Shown here: piece after piece, positions 14,734 to 30,725 of the stretch
How the letters are laid out: each line of letters begins with the position of its first letter
Numbering within the stretch: position 1 is the first letter of the stretch
Origin: the human T2T-CHM13v2.0 reference genome, Homo sapiens
Assembly (NCBI RefSeq): GCF_009914755.1
Contig: NC_060928.1
Direction: 5' to 3' (one strand)
Length of the DNA: 64,000 nt
Made by a program: the position numbers and the translations under genes
The notes under the pieces: generated by a model
Database searches by the model: none
Told to the model about the DNA's origin: nothing
The model's input: the letters and a program-made list of their open reading frames with translations, nothing else

Positions 14734-17700
14734 TCTCAGTACTTTAAATATATCATGCCACTCTGTCCTGGCCTGTAAGTTTCCACTGAGAAGTCTGTTG
14801 TCAGATGTATTGGAGCTCATTTGTATGTTATTTGTTTCATTTCCCTTGCTGCTTTTAGGATCCTTTCTTTATCCTTGACCTTTGGGAGTTTGATTATTAA
14901 ATGCCTTGAGGTAGTCTTATTTAGGTTAAATCTGCTTGGTTTTCTATAACCTTCTCATACTTGATATCTTTCTCTAGGTTTGGAAGGTTCTCCGTTATTA
15001 GCCCTTTGAATAAACCTTTTACCCTGATCTTTCTACCTCCTCTTTAAGGCCAATAACTCTTAGATTTGCCCTTTTCAGACCATTTTCTACATCTTGTAGG
15101 TGTACTTCATTCTTTCTTATTCTTTTTTCTTTTGTCTCCTCTGATTGTGTATTTTTAAATAGGCTGTCTTTAAACTCACCTAATTCTTTCTCTGCTTGAT
15201 CAATTTTGCTGTTGAGAGACTCTGATGCATTCTTCAGTATGTCAATTGAATTTCTCGGCTCCAGAATTTGTGCTTAGGTTTTTAAAAATTATTTCAATCT
15301 CTTTGTTAAATTTATCTGATAGGATTCTTAATTCTTCCTCTATGTTATCCTGAATTTCACTGAGCTTCCTCAAAACAGCTGTATTTAATTATCTCTCTGA
15401 AAGGTCATATATCTCTGTTTCTCCAAGATTGGTCACTGGTGCCTTATTTAGTTTGTTTGGTGAGGTCATGTTTTCCTGGATGGTCTTGATACTTGTTGAT
15501 GTTTGGGATTTGAAAAGCTATGTATTTATTTTAATCTTCACAGTCTGGGCTTATTTGTACACATCTTTCTTGGGAAGGCTTGCCAAGTATTTAAAGCAAA
15601 TTGATTGTTGAGAACTAAGTATTTGGTCACTGCAGCCATATTTGTATTAGAGGCCACCCCAAAGCTAGTATGCAGACTTGTAGAGGTATTGCCTTAGTGG
15701 TCTTGTGTAAGATAAGAGAGAATTTCCAGGATTATTAGACAGAGATTCTTGTTCTCTTCCCTTACTTTCCCCAGACAAACAGAGTCTCTCTCTCCATGCT
15801 GCGCAGGCTGAAGCTGAAGTGACATAAAACTTCATAGTGTGGACGGTGGCCATGACCACTGGATCAGACCTGAAGCCAGCACAGCACTGGGTCTCTCCCT
15901 AGGCCTGTGACAATCACTGCCTGGCCATTGCCTATGTTCACTCAAGGCCCAAGGGCTCTTCAGTTAGCAGGTGGTGAGTCCCGCCAGGCTTCTGTCCTTC
16001 TCTTCATGGTGGCAAGCTCCCCTCTGGCTTGGGATGGGTCCAGAAATGTCATCCATGAGCCAGGGCCTGGAGTTGGGAACTTTAGGAATCTACATGGTGC
16101 TGTATTCTACTGTGGCTGAGCTGGCCCCTAAGCTGCAAGATGAAGTCCTTCTCACTCTTCTTTTTTCTTTTCTCAAGAAGAAGGAATCTCTCCCTGCAGC
16201 CACCACAGTTAGAAATCTCCAGAAGCCAGCATGACACTGGGTCTCACTGGAGGCACATGATGAGACTTGTGTGGGTACCACTGATGTTTATTCAAGGACC
16301 AAGGGCTCTTTAGTCAGCAGGTGATGAATCCTGCTTGGAGGGCCCTTTCCTTCAAGTCAGTGGGTTGTCTTTTGGCCCAGAGTGTGTCTAGAAGTGCCAT
16401 CTGGGAGCTAGTGCCTGGAATGGGAGCCTCAGGACTTTTCCTGGTGCCCTCTTCCACTGCAGCTGAGCTGGTACCCAAGTTGCAAGACAAAGTCCTATCT
16501 ACTCTCCCTTCTCCTCTCCTCAAGCAGAAAGAAGGAGTACCTCTTAAAGCTGTGAGCTGTGCTGCCTATGGTTGGAGGAGGAGTGATGTAAACACTCCCT
16601 TAGTCACCCCAGCTGGTGTCTCACTAGGTCACATGCACCCCAAGTCCACTGGTTCTGAGCCCACCACAGCACCAGGACCTGCCCAGGAATTACAATCCTT
16701 GTGACCTAGACTGCCTTTCAAAGATATTTAAGACCTCAGAGCACTTTAGCCTGTGGTGGTGGGGCTAGCTGGAACTCAAGTTCTGACCACTGGGATGGAC
16801 AATTCCCATCTGGCTAGAATTGGTCAAAATGCTCCCTCCATGTGTGCTGACTGAATTCTTCCCTGTGTTGCTTTCCACTGTGATAGGCAGCACTGAGTTC
16901 CAATGGAAAGTCCCACAATCCCGGCACTCTCCTTTCCCCAAGCACACAGATTCACCGTCCACACTATGAAGCTGCTACCTGGGGATGGGAGAGGGGTGGC
17001 ATCTATAATTCAAGACTGTCTTTCCTACCCCCTTAAGTGCCTCTTTCCTTATATGCTGTTAAACCCAGGTACTGTGATTGCTCACTTGATTTTTGGTTCT
17101 TATGAAGGTACTTTCTTATGTGGATAGCTGTTCACTTTGGTATTCCTGCAGGGAAGATGATCACTGGAGGCTTCCATTCAGCCATCTTGCTCCACCTCTA
17201 TTTGTTACTTTCAATATATGTGGTTTGTATCATTTAACTTTTCTCCTTAAGGATACTCCTTTGAAGTTATTCTTGTTAATTTGCCCCCATTTGTTTGTAG
17301 CCATATATCCACGTACCCATGAAAGTCACTATGTGTGCCCTGAACCTTGATCCTCAGCCCTCCAGGTCATGCATATCAGCTTTCCCTTCCCTAAGGATTT
17401 GGCTGGGAGGATTTCCGTGTATGCAAGCCAGGCAGCCTCCCCAGCGCTCCAGGTTGCCTGTTCTTTGGAAATGGCCAGCTCCTGCTCACATAGGGCTGCA
17501 CATGCATCTAGGAGTATGTGGTGAAGTGAGAGGTGGAAGTTCCCTTTGGTTTCTCTATCGGTTGTCGTGGTGCTGCCTAATTTAATTCCAAGTGGGTGGG
17601 AACAAGTCTGTGTCCAGTGCAGTGCCCACTTCCTCTTATTTTTGTTTTTTAGCATTTTAGTCTCCACACCACACCTTTCCAGGGTGGCAGATAGGTAGGA

Positions 17701-18393
17701 GAAAGGAAGCAAAGACAAGGACTGAGCAGGTGTGGTTGAGAACCATGATGGCTTGTTTCATTTTTCTTCAAGTCATTGGCATTCCTAAAATTCCTAAAAA
17801 TTCCTTCAAGTCATTGGCATGCATAGTATGAGGAGTGGATATAGAAGTAATTAGTTTCAGGTTTCAAATTATTCAAAGTGGGATGGTATACAGTTGTTTT
17901 CATTTTTCTCAATAAAAAATAAGAAACATAAATTCTGAAAAACAACCCTGACAAGTGTGGATTTGAGAGAAGTGTTCATGAACTTGTGAAAGAAAAAATA
18001 ATTTTCTCAGTGATGAAACAATCTTAGTCAGAGGTTTACTATCTTATACAAATGTTTCAAAAATGCAATGACAACTTTATTACATTAAAAAATCAATTAA
18101 AAAATATAGTGCACTCTCCTATCTGTCCTGCCTTCCCCTGTTTTTGTTTCAATGATCCCAAAATCAGATTGTGGTTAATTGTTTCATCCACTGAACACAT
18201 TTATTGAGTATCTCTTGTCTCCCAGGAAGTGGGTACACAGTAGTGATTAGTCCAGATATGGCTCCTACCTTCATGGAGTTTAGCTGATGTTAGTTAATAT
18301 TTTATTGTATATTCACTTTGTGCCAGACATTTAATGGCATCATCTTATTTAATTCTCACATCAACCTTGCGAGTTACGTACTATTATTATTCC

Positions 18394-18883
<490 letters not shown>

Positions 18884-19506
18884 TAGAGATGAGAAAAATG
18901 ATCCTTAGGGAAATTAAGTATCATAACTAGTAAACAAGTCATCTGTGGGAATAAACAGATAATATACAAATTAGTAATGGGAATGTCCCTATAGGTAAGT
19001 GGGATGATATAAGTTTTAGGGCAATGGTAACCTTTTTAGACTTTGAATATCCATGGCCCTAAACTAAGTAGCAAAAGAAGAAACTAGTCTTGGTTTGAAA
19101 ATATATTCAAAGGTTTCTTCTGAACTCTCATTCACTCTTTCTTTTTTCCCCCAGATCCTGGAAGGACAGATTTGGTATGCAAACTAGACAGCCCAGGTGC
19201 AAAGTCTTAGGTATATCTATTCATAGTCTTTACACATGCATGTGTTTAATATCCTTATAGCTGGAACCCCATTATTCCTGATAGGCCTTTGACGTCCTTA
19301 GGCTTGTGAGATTTGTTGGTCCAAAAATCTGCCATCCTTACCAATTGCCATTTGGGAGTCTCCAAACAACCTATATTTGTGGTATAATCTGACTCCAGTT
19401 TGAATATTGTTTATAAGTATTTTGTCTGTATACAAACAGTTATCATCTGAGACTACTTTACTCCGTCTCAATCAAATGAAAAAAACATGGCAAGTCTGTG
19501 AGTTGG

Positions 19507-19783
19507 TGTTATGGGCTGAACTGTGTCCCCTAAAATTCATATGTTGCAGTCTTAATCCCGGTGCCTCAGAATGTGACTATATTTGGAGAGGGGGTCTTCC
19601 AAGAGGTAATTAAGTTAAAGTAAGGTCATCAGAGTGGGCCCTAATCCAATATGACTGATGTCTTTATAAGATAAGGAAATTAGGACACAGACATGCATGG
19701 AAGGAAGACCAAGTGAAGTCACAGGGAGAAGAGGGCCACATACAAGCCAAGCAGAGAGGTCTCAGAAGAAACCAACCTTGCTG
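19507..19783 (+). mobile_element. MLT1 (MLT1B-like) MaLR LTR, 3'-truncated at an AluJ (~19780-20088)
   Basis: Starts tgttatgggctgaactgtgtcccc; contains ggccctaatccaatatgactg. Confidence 0.8.
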
Positions 19784-20164
19784 GGCACAGTGGCTCATGG
19801 CTGTTATCCCAACACTTTGGGAGGCCAAGGCGGGAAGATCACTTGAGGCCAGGAGTTGAAGACCAGCCCAGACAACACAGTGAGATCTCATCTCCAAAAA
19901 AGTGTATTCTTTTAATTAGCCAGGTGTGGTGGCACCCACCTGTAGTCCCAGCTACTTGGGCAGCTGAGGCAGGAGGATCGTTTGAGCCCAGGAGTTTCAG
20001 GCTGCAGTGAGCTGTGACCATCACTGCACTCCAGCCTGGGTGACAGAGCAAAACCCTGCCTCAAAAAAACAAAAAACAAAAACAAAACATGTATATGGCC
20101 TTAGGCCATCTTCTAACCAAAAATCAATTTATCAATATGTAAAATTGATATAATTGCAGTCTTT

Positions 20165-20529
<365 letters not shown>

Positions 20530-22044
20530 TCATAAACTGAAAATTCATAAATTCTTTAAAAATTGGTTAACAGATTCTCTTATCTGAAAAGTTATATTTT
20601 GGAGATATTTCTCCCTTGTGTGTCAGATACAGAAACTATGGAGCAAAACAATACAAGGAGAAAAAGAACAGGAAAAGTATTCACTGGATTTTAATTAAAA
20701 TGTCATTTGTTAAGTGTTGCACTTCTCTAGAGTGAAAGGCATGTATATGTTATAAAAACTAATTAAGACTGCTTTTTGTTCAGAAAGAGAAACAGCTGGG
20801 TTTTAACATCTGAATGTATTCAAGATCAGTGTTCACTGAGAAAAAGAAAATCCATAGCCATTTGGAGAAGAAAACAAAAATTTACCTTACTCATCAGTCA
20901 TTAAAAAACATTCTTTGGGTGCACATGGGACATAAAGCTCATCAGGTTTAGAATCCAGCCACTATTCCAGTCATTATATAGCCCAATCTCTTGATCAGAT
21001 GACATTTTAACTGAACATTTAAAATCTGAAATTAGAAATATGCACAACATAACCATTTATTTACACTGCTACGAGTCAGTGTCACTAGGGACCCATGAAG
21101 CATGGACTGTTTGCCTACTTTGACTTCTGGAATTCTGGGATAGATGATAGGATGGTGACCTAAACAGTTCAGAGCTTCCCTTCACCCTGTCATCTGTGCA
21201 TTGGTTTGAAACATAATGCTAAATTTCTCTGAGAATGAATCTTAGAAAAGGCAAATCTTCACTACAGATTCATTGACGGTCCCAAAGGAGATTCCCATGC
21301 CTTAATCTGCCCTCTCCAAAACAAGCCAGCAGAAAGAGTAAAAAGAAAGATAATGATTTAAAACAGCACCTGGCTCACAGCCCTGACAGCCTTTCCTAGC
21401 TGTCAGTGAAAAGACCTGTGATGGTCCAGAAAATGTGAAAATGTCACATTCCTCCTCCAAAAATGGTAAGATTTGTCAGTCTGTTGCTAGGATCTAAAAA
21501 GCATTTCCATCATTCTTAAAGCAACAAAACACAACTGAAAAATAAATACACCCAAATTTTACTGTCAGAAATGGAATGATCCTTCCTAATTGAAAGTAGA
21601 ACTAAAACCCTTCTTTCTCCCTCTCTGCCATGCCTGAAATGTGCAGGCACTATTTTCTGAGGCAGCCAGATCACAGGTTTCCCTATCCCCATCTTCCTCT
21701 ACCTCCTCCGCCCCCAGAATCAATCTATAGCCATTTGAAAACTGCAGCTCCCTGAAAGCAACTAGGCAGAATCTAGGAAGAATTAAACTGGCCCACTGCA
21801 TCCTGGGATATAAAAATCCCACCACATTCCTAACTCCAGAGGGAGTGATACGAAGAAGGGACAAGGATAGGGGAAGTCCTGTGGCAGTGCACAGAGGTTG
21901 CAGCTTTATGCACATTCCATCTTTTCAAAGTATTAGGGATCTGGAAAGTAAAGGAAGGAAAATACAATGTCCTATCTAATGTCTTGTAATGCCAGATTAT
22001 TGTAATATTACAATTTCTACTTAAAGTTAGTTAATAGTTATTAT

Positions 22045-22595
22045 TTTTAATTGTGGTAAAATACATGCAACATAAAATTTACCATCTTAACCATTTTAAA
22101 GTGTACAGTTCAATGGTATTAAGTACATTCATATTGTTGTGCAACCATCACCACCATCCATCTCCAGAATCTTTCACCTGCAAAATGGAAGCTCTGTGCT
22201 CATTAAACAACCACTCTCCATTTCCTCTTCCTCCAGGCCCTGACAATCATTCTGCTGTCTTTATAAACTTGACTGCTTTAGGTACGTTATAGTAGTGGAA
22301 TCATACAATATTTATCTTTTTGTGACTTTTATTTCACTTTAGCATAATGTCCTCAAGGTTCATCCATGTGGTAGCGTGTGTCTGATACTACCTTTCGAAG
22401 GCCGAATATTCCATTGTATGCATACACCACCTTTCATTTATCCATTCAACCGCTGATAGACCCAAGTTACTTCTACCTTTTGGCTACTGTGAATAATGCT
22501 GCTGTGAACATGAGTCTACAAAGATCTCTTTGAGACCTTGCTTTCAGTTCTTTTGGGTAAATACCCAGGAGTAGAATGGCTGGGTCATATGGAAT
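22045..22595 (-). mobile_element. L1MB-type 3' end
   Basis: cataaaatttaccatcttaaccattttaaagtgtacagttc is the L1MB 3'UTR in antisense. Confidence 0.75.
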
Positions 22596-23479
22596 TAATA
22601 ATTATATTTAATACTTTCAGAATATTAAAAAAACTTTGCATGGCTTTATAGACTGTTTATTTTAAAACTCATGTAGACAGAGATACAGCTTCAGCTCTGG
22701 ATATATTTAACTGAGTCTGAGGTCTCCTTTATCAAATCTGATTTTCAATGATAGTGCCAATTTTTGAAAAGCCTTTATTGGAATAGTAAAGATACTAAAT
22801 GCCAATTACCTATTGAAAAGTATCTTTTGGCAGAACACCAGTGAATATACACTTCTGTATCCTCCTCTATAGGATTTTTTCTTTTCACATAATGATATCC
22901 ATATTCTAGTAGAGCTGGGATATACAAATAGCATGTTAATGTGATTATGCTAAAAACCGTGTTCCCTAAGAGTTTAAAAGCTGAATACTGATTTGGTCTC
23001 TGTGTCATTCTAGAGCTCCTCCTCAGCCTGTCAAAGCTGACAAGCATCAACAGCTGACACAGAGATGATGTCACTTGCTCTCTTTTGCTCCCCCATCTAA
23101 AATAGAAGTCAGTGGTACAAGGCTGCAGTGCTTTTAAGAGTCAACTCTCTACAACAATAGAATTTAAGAGCTTCAGCAATAACAAAGAGCCATTATCTAT
23201 AGTGAAGTTCTTGGGACTTTTCCTTCCTGAAGTACCTTGTACAGCATCAGACATTTTTACATTAGACATTCAGTAAAAACATCATTTGCTTTATAGAATG
23301 TTCATATTTGTAGAAGATATTAACTTATCACTATCAATTGATGCATGAATTTGAAATGGGAATCTTAGAACTTTATTCCACGTTCATTTAATATTTCATT
23401 TCAATTAACCAAATCCTCTATTGTTGTAAGAACTGAGTGGTTAGGATGTTACAGAACTGCCATCAAACCCGGTTCAATT

Positions 23480-24230
23480 TGTATCCATTAATTCAACAAA
23501 TACTGCCTATTTTCTTAGGCAGTATGCTAGGTGCTGCGTAGATGGTGGTAAGCAAAATTAAACATAGATACTCCCTCAAGGACCTTATACTTTTAGAGGA
23601 TGACCTTTATTTCTATTCTAACTTGTTCCTTCCTCAATCGTTTTGACCTTAATAAAGGACAGCACTATCTTAACCAGCTGCTCAAGCCAGCAATCTAGGA
23701 CTTTTCTTTGATTTTCCCACTCCCAACCCTCTATTCCTAGCTGTTTTCTCTTCTACCTTCAAATTAGCTCTTGACTCAATCTACTTCTCTTCATCTCTAC
23801 AGCCATCATCTGAACCCAAGCTACTGCCATTCTAGCCCAGATTACTTCAATATCCTCCATAACCTCCTGGTTGGCCTTTATAATTCTACTACCACTCCCC
23901 TTCCACCCTTGCCGTCTTTCCAGGTGCCAGTGATCTGTATAAAACCTTCCAGTGGCTTCTCATTGAATGTCCAATAAAATCAAGGTCCCCAGAAGGGTCT
24001 GCATGATATGTCTCTGCCCTTTTCTCTAAATTTACCTCCTGCCACCCCTTCTGCCCACTCTGCTCCAGCCATGCTGACAATCCTGCAATCCTTTCAGTGC
24101 CTTGACATGACAAGCTCTTTCCAGCCTCAGAACTTTCACACATGCTGTTCACTCTCCCAGGGATGCTCTTCTCCCACCTGGCAACTCTTCACATCCTTAA
24201 GGTTTTGACTTAAATGTTTTCTCTTAAGGG
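23480..24230. mobile_element. L2 remnants (both orientations)
   Basis: cattaattcaacaaatac and ctgcccactctgctccagccatgctg-type L2 segments. Confidence 0.55.
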
Positions 24231-25713
24231 AAGAATTCGCAGAAAATGCTGGATAGGTCTCCCCATTAATGTGTGCGTGTGTGTGTGTTGGGGTGGGGAG
24301 GTGGTAGTGGTTACCTAATCAAGGCCTCTGCTATTTTTTTGGATCATTTCTTCAAATTTATTTTAAAATGCTCTTAGTACAGATATTTTCCCACTTGGAT
24401 GTTGCCTTTTAACGTTTTTATAGAGTTTAATTTTCTGCTTTAAGTTTCATATAATAAAGCCTATCAATCCTTTCCATTTTCTTTCATGGTACCACGCTTA
24501 CAGACTCCTTCCCCTCCACAAAATTTTGTACTTCCTCAGTTTTTTTCTGAAACTTTTGTCGTTATTTCTCAAATTTATCTGGAATTTATTTTGCTATATG
24601 GTGTAAGGGAGGAATTTATCTTTTTTCCCTCCAATTTTTGGCCATGGCAATTTCTTCTCTCCTCTAAGGAGGAGGAGCTGCTGCTATAGATTGGTAGAGT
24701 TAAAGGACACTATTGAGGCCATGCTTTGAGTAGAGTCTTGTGGAAGGGGTATACAACTGTAGTGGACATTAAAATAGCAAGATCTAAGTTGTGGATTTGA
24801 GCTATGGGGCAGATGTAGAGAAAATAGGCCTCTGTTTTGGTTCAAGGTCCTTTAGACTAATGAAGTTTAGGCAAAGGTACTTCTTACCCAAGTTCCAAAC
24901 AAGTACCCTAAAGTTCCACACTGAGGTTTGGCATTAAAGCCTCATCTAATAGCAAGTTTTTTATTTGCTTAATCCTCTGTGCATGTATTTTCCTTGTGGA
25001 CCTTAAGGGGAGAAGTTACTTACATAGATCAGGGACTTAGCTATTTCTGGCCAAAACCCATATTGACTACAATTTCACATTTTCAACCTTAATTATACAT
25101 TTGTCTTTAAAAGCACATTTTATTATATTACCTTCAACCAAATGAATATTTATATAAGTGCCACATATATATTTGACTAAACTGTTTTTTGCATTAGAAC
25201 AAAAGATATCTTATACTATGTATATATGTGTGTATGTGTGTGTATATATATATAATAGGTTTGTAATACCAAAGGTAGTTGCCAATAATAGCTACTGAAT
25301 AGTGGTTGACTTAATTTATATTTAGCAATTAGTGGAAAAATTTGCTTTTCTGTCTCCATAAACAGATTTACTTTATAAACTGGCACCATAGAATGGTGAT
25401 ATCAAATGACAGTACTGTTTGATGAAACAATTCAAAAGGTAAGAAAGGGTTATTTCTTGGTCAAATTAGTTTCTGGCCCTATTCACAGAATTGTACTATG
25501 AGTGAACTTTAGAGCTTCAAATGACTTTAGAGATCATTAAATACAATCTCTTCATTTTTCAGATTATCAATCATGGGTAAAGGAGGTGATGTGACAGGCA
25601 GATTCTGTAACACTAGAAGATTCATTCCTTCAGCCAATATTTGATGAAGCCCAGCTGTTTGCCAAGCATTGTCTTTAGGTGTTTCCACAATGAATTAAGC
25701 ATGAATCTCTCTA

Positions 25714-26239
<526 letters not shown>

Positions 26240-26736
26240 TCAGAATCTTCAAGGAATTTTTAATAGCACAAAGGATTTAGGTCATATATTAAAGAAGGCA
26301 AATAAGAAGAAAAAGGAGGAGGAGGTAACACTACATGCTAAGTATCTTAAATGCTTTGTTATCTCTTTGAACCCTCATCATAATCCTATAATTAGGGCAT
26401 AAATATCATCAGTTTTATAGACAAGAAAACAGAGGCATGGGAAACGGAAATGACTTGTCTAAGATCATATAGTGGGAAAGAGGTGGAGACAGGATCTAGA
26501 CCCAGTAGCATGTGATAAATGCTAGAGGCATCACCCCTACAAAAAATGCTGTAGGAAGTAAAAGAAAGTAGAAACATTGTGACTGGGAACTGTTGAGATG
26601 AAGTCATGGAAGAGGTGGGACTTATGTAAACTTTAGCATAATGGCAGAATTTTGGAGGCAAGAAGCGGGTATGATCTGAACAAATAATTGGTTTATGTAG
26701 GTTGTGGGACAGTGTGGAGATTAGTTTGTTAAGAGT

Positions 26737-27074
26737 GGGCTGGGCGCAGTGGCTCATGCCTATAATCCCAGCACTTTGGGAGGCCAAGATGGGTGGATCC
26801 CTGAGGTCAGGAGTTCGAGACCAGCTTGGCCAACGTGGTGAAACCCTGTCTCTACTAAAAAAAAAAAAATATATATATATATATATATATGAAAGTTAGC
26901 CAGGTGTGGTGGCACATGCCTGTAATCCCAGCTACTTAGGAGGCTGAGGCAGAAGAATCACTTGAGCCTGGGAGGCGGAAGTTGCAGTGGGCCGAGATGG
27001 CGTCACTGCAATCCAGCCTGGGCGATAGAGTGAGATTCCATCTGAAAAAACAAACAAACAAACAAACAAACAAA
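26737..27074 (+). mobile_element. AluS with (TA)n expansion in the linker and (AAAC)n tail
   Basis: Full dimer, (TA)n at ~26869-26890, TSD aagagt. Confidence 0.9.
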
Positions 27075-27302
27075 AGAGTGACCAATGCCAGCCTAAAGTA
27101 AACTAGGTTCAGGGCCTTGGAATGGGTATGGGGAATAGGATGAAGAACTAAGTTTTAATGAATATTTGTTATTGGTATGTAGAATGGATGGGGAATTGGG
27201 AGAGAGGCTGGGGTCAGGAAAACCAGTTTAGGAAATGTTGAACTAGTTCAGTGGTACAGATAAGGACCAGAAGTAGGGTTGAGGAAGAGGTGATATTATA
27301 GA

Positions 27303-27740
27303 GTACAGTGGGCTGAATAATCTATCCCCCTCTGCCAAGATATCTATGTCCTAATCCCCAGAACCTGTGCATATGTTTTTTTAAATGCAAATATGATTAA
27401 AGATGTTGAGATAAGGAGACTATCTTGGATGAACATGGTTAACCCAATGTAATCACCAGGGTCTTTACATGAAAGAATCAGGAGAGTCGAAGTTAGGAGA
27501 AGGTGATATAAAGCCATGAACTGTTAAATATGGCAGACTTCTAAAAGCTGGAAAAGGCAAGGAGTGGATTATCTCCTGGAGTCTCCAGAGGGAAGCCAGC
27601 CTTGTCAATATGTTGATGTTAGCCCGATAAGACTCATTTCAGACTTCTAGCCTCCAGAATCTGTAAAATAATAAATTTTGTGTTGTTTTAGGCCACTAAG
27701 TTTGGAGTCATTTGTTACAGCAGCAATAGGAAACCAATAA
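27303..27740 (+). mobile_element. MLT1C/D-like MaLR LTR
   Basis: cctaatccccagaacctgtg...ccactaagtttggagtcatttgttacagcagcaataggaaacc. Confidence 0.75.
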
Positions 27741-27879
27741 ATAGAGGAAGGGATGGATGTGAAAGACATTATAAATAAAAAACGACAGTGTTTGATGATT
27801 GGACGAAAGGAGAAGAGTGAAGGATCCAGGTAATTTCAAGATTCTGAACCTGGATTATGAAGGCAACGAAAGTGGAATT

Positions 27880-28174
27880 AGTCCAGGTGCAGTGGATCAT
27901 GCCTGTAATCCCAGGACTTTGGGAGGCTGAGGTGGGTGCATCGCTTGAGGTCAGGAGTTCAAGACCAGCCTGGCCAACAGGATGAAACCCTGTTTCTACT
28001 AAAAATACAAAAATTAGCCAGGTGTGGTGGTGGGCACCTGTGATCCCCAGCTACTCAGGAGGCTGAGGCAGGAGAATCCAGGAGGCAGAGGTTATAGTGA
28101 GCTGAGATCACACCACTGCACTCCAGCCTGGACAAAAGAGGGAGACTGTCTCAATTTAAAAAAAGGAAAAAAAA
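27880..28174 (+). mobile_element. AluS
   Basis: Dimer. TSD aagtggaatt. Confidence 0.88.
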
Positions 28175-28914
28175 GGAAGTGGAATTAATTTTCTGGGGGA
28201 AAGATGAATTCAATTCTATATACTCTGAATTGAGTTCAAGAGTAGGCACCCAAAATCAAGTTAACCTTATATGAGGGTTTGATTTTGGGTCTTCAGGAAG
28301 GAGTCATTAGGTGGTAAATGCTGCTCCCACATAGTACAATGATGCTTACATCCTTTAGTTACAGATGATGTCACTTCAATTATAATTCTCTTCTATGAGA
28401 GAATGGCCAAATATTAAGCCTTATTGCATTTGGGTATGAATGAATTTATCAGATTCTTTTATTGAAAGATTTGGTAAGAGGTTGAGGCAGAGGCTCATAA
28501 TGAGGGAAGAGGAGTGTTATTAGGTCCGTCCCTAAACGCAGAGAATCCATGAATACTCCTAGAATGGTGTTCATAATTGTATGAGTATATGCATCATTTT
28601 CTGAAGAAAACATGTATAACTTTCATCAGATTCCTGAAGGGGATAGATGATCAAAAAAGAAAGTTAAGTATGGTGCTGTAATGGCATGGCACATCAGAGG
28701 GCAAAGGAGGAAGGGAAGAGGGAAAGAGAAAATAGAAAGGTTAACACATGAAAACTCCCCATTCTTTTGCTGCAGCTTGGTACTGATAATTCCTGCTTCT
28801 CTTTTCCCTTACTAGACCCATTTCAGGGATTCTTGTGTTTCTAGAGCCAGCTTGTAAAGAGGCTGCAGAACCTACTGTGTTGAGAGTTATTTTATCTGCT
28901 AAAAATATATTCTT

Positions 28915-29507
<593 letters not shown>

Positions 29508-29982
29508 TAACTCAATAAATAATATCACTGGTAATCTCTTTTCAAAGACTAGTTGAGACATAAAAAAGGTAGCTTCTAATTAGCAGCAATTATTTCTTAT
29601 TCAGTGGAATCATCAAGAGTTGCCCACTTGATGTCTAACTGAAATGTTTCTATAGTTAAATTTGATGTCAACCCCGTATACTAAAGACATCCTTCTCAAT
29701 GCATATTAGATTAAGCATAGCCAAGTTCATTGGATGCTTCAAAGGCTGACCTGGGATCAGAATCTATCCCCTAAGCAATTTATTTAGATAACTGGTTTTC
29801 TATTTCTGTATAGACTAAAATGAATAGTTTTCATTTTGTTTTACAGTATAACATTGAAGCTTTAAAAAAAATTTTTTTTAATGTCAAGATTTCCTTTTGA
29901 TATAGAGAGGAATGGACTAGGTCTGCACTTGATGAGTTTCCTATGGGTATGATTAATTTTCATCGGTCCTCTCCATAGACAA

Positions 29983-30725
29983 TGTTGGGGCTCAGAAAAC
30001 AATATCCCAAAATATGGTGCTTTGGCATGCTGAGTGCTTCGAACAAAAGAGATTAAAAGGCCTCAGAAATAAATTGCAGAACCAAGGTCTCTCTCTCTCC
30101 CTGACCTGCTGTTCCCCATCTTCCCTTCCAATGTGCAGGGATAAGTTTTCTCTGAAGTTCCCATATTTGACTGAGGGAAGTTCTTTTAAAAGAAATGTAA
30201 CTGTCTTAAACTCCCTCCCTAGGAATTGCATCAAACAACCAGTCAAGATTAGTCACGAGTAAAGATTAAAAGTCATCACCATGCCCAGACAGGATATTCT
30301 TATTCTTCTGGAGGCTGCTCTGGAACTTTTTTATTAACCTGAGAGACTTTATTTACATAATAGGCCAACCTTTGTTCGCAGTGCAGTTCTGCCCCTCTCC
30401 TTCCTGTAACTTGCTGCCACCTTCCCTAGAGCACAGAGAAACTTTGTCCCAGGCTACTGTCTGTCCTTTGGAACCATTAATTTTACCTAAAAATCATTTA
30501 CTCTTTCTCTCAAATTGCCTACATCCCCCACTTCCCTCTCTCCTATGAAGAGGGTATTTAAACTTCAACCATCTGGCTCTTCGAGTCTCATATTTTGTGT
30601 GCCTCTTGTGCACATGTACACATTAATAAATTTGTATGCCTTCTCCTGTTAATTTGTTTATTGTCAATTTATTTCAGCAGACTCAATTACAGAACTTCCA
30701 GAGGGAAAGTTTAAAATTCCTTACA
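29983..30725 (+). mobile_element. ERV1 solo LTR (MER39-like)
   Basis: TG...CA ends (tgttggggctcagaaaac...ttccttaca), TATA-like gggtatttaa at ~30552, AATAAA at ~30625. Confidence 0.75.

Noticed and set aside
28205-28300. H/ACA snoRNA (two hairpins with an ANANNA-matching agagta hinge)
   Set aside because: The hairpins are too short, there are no pseudouridylation pockets and no terminal ACA.
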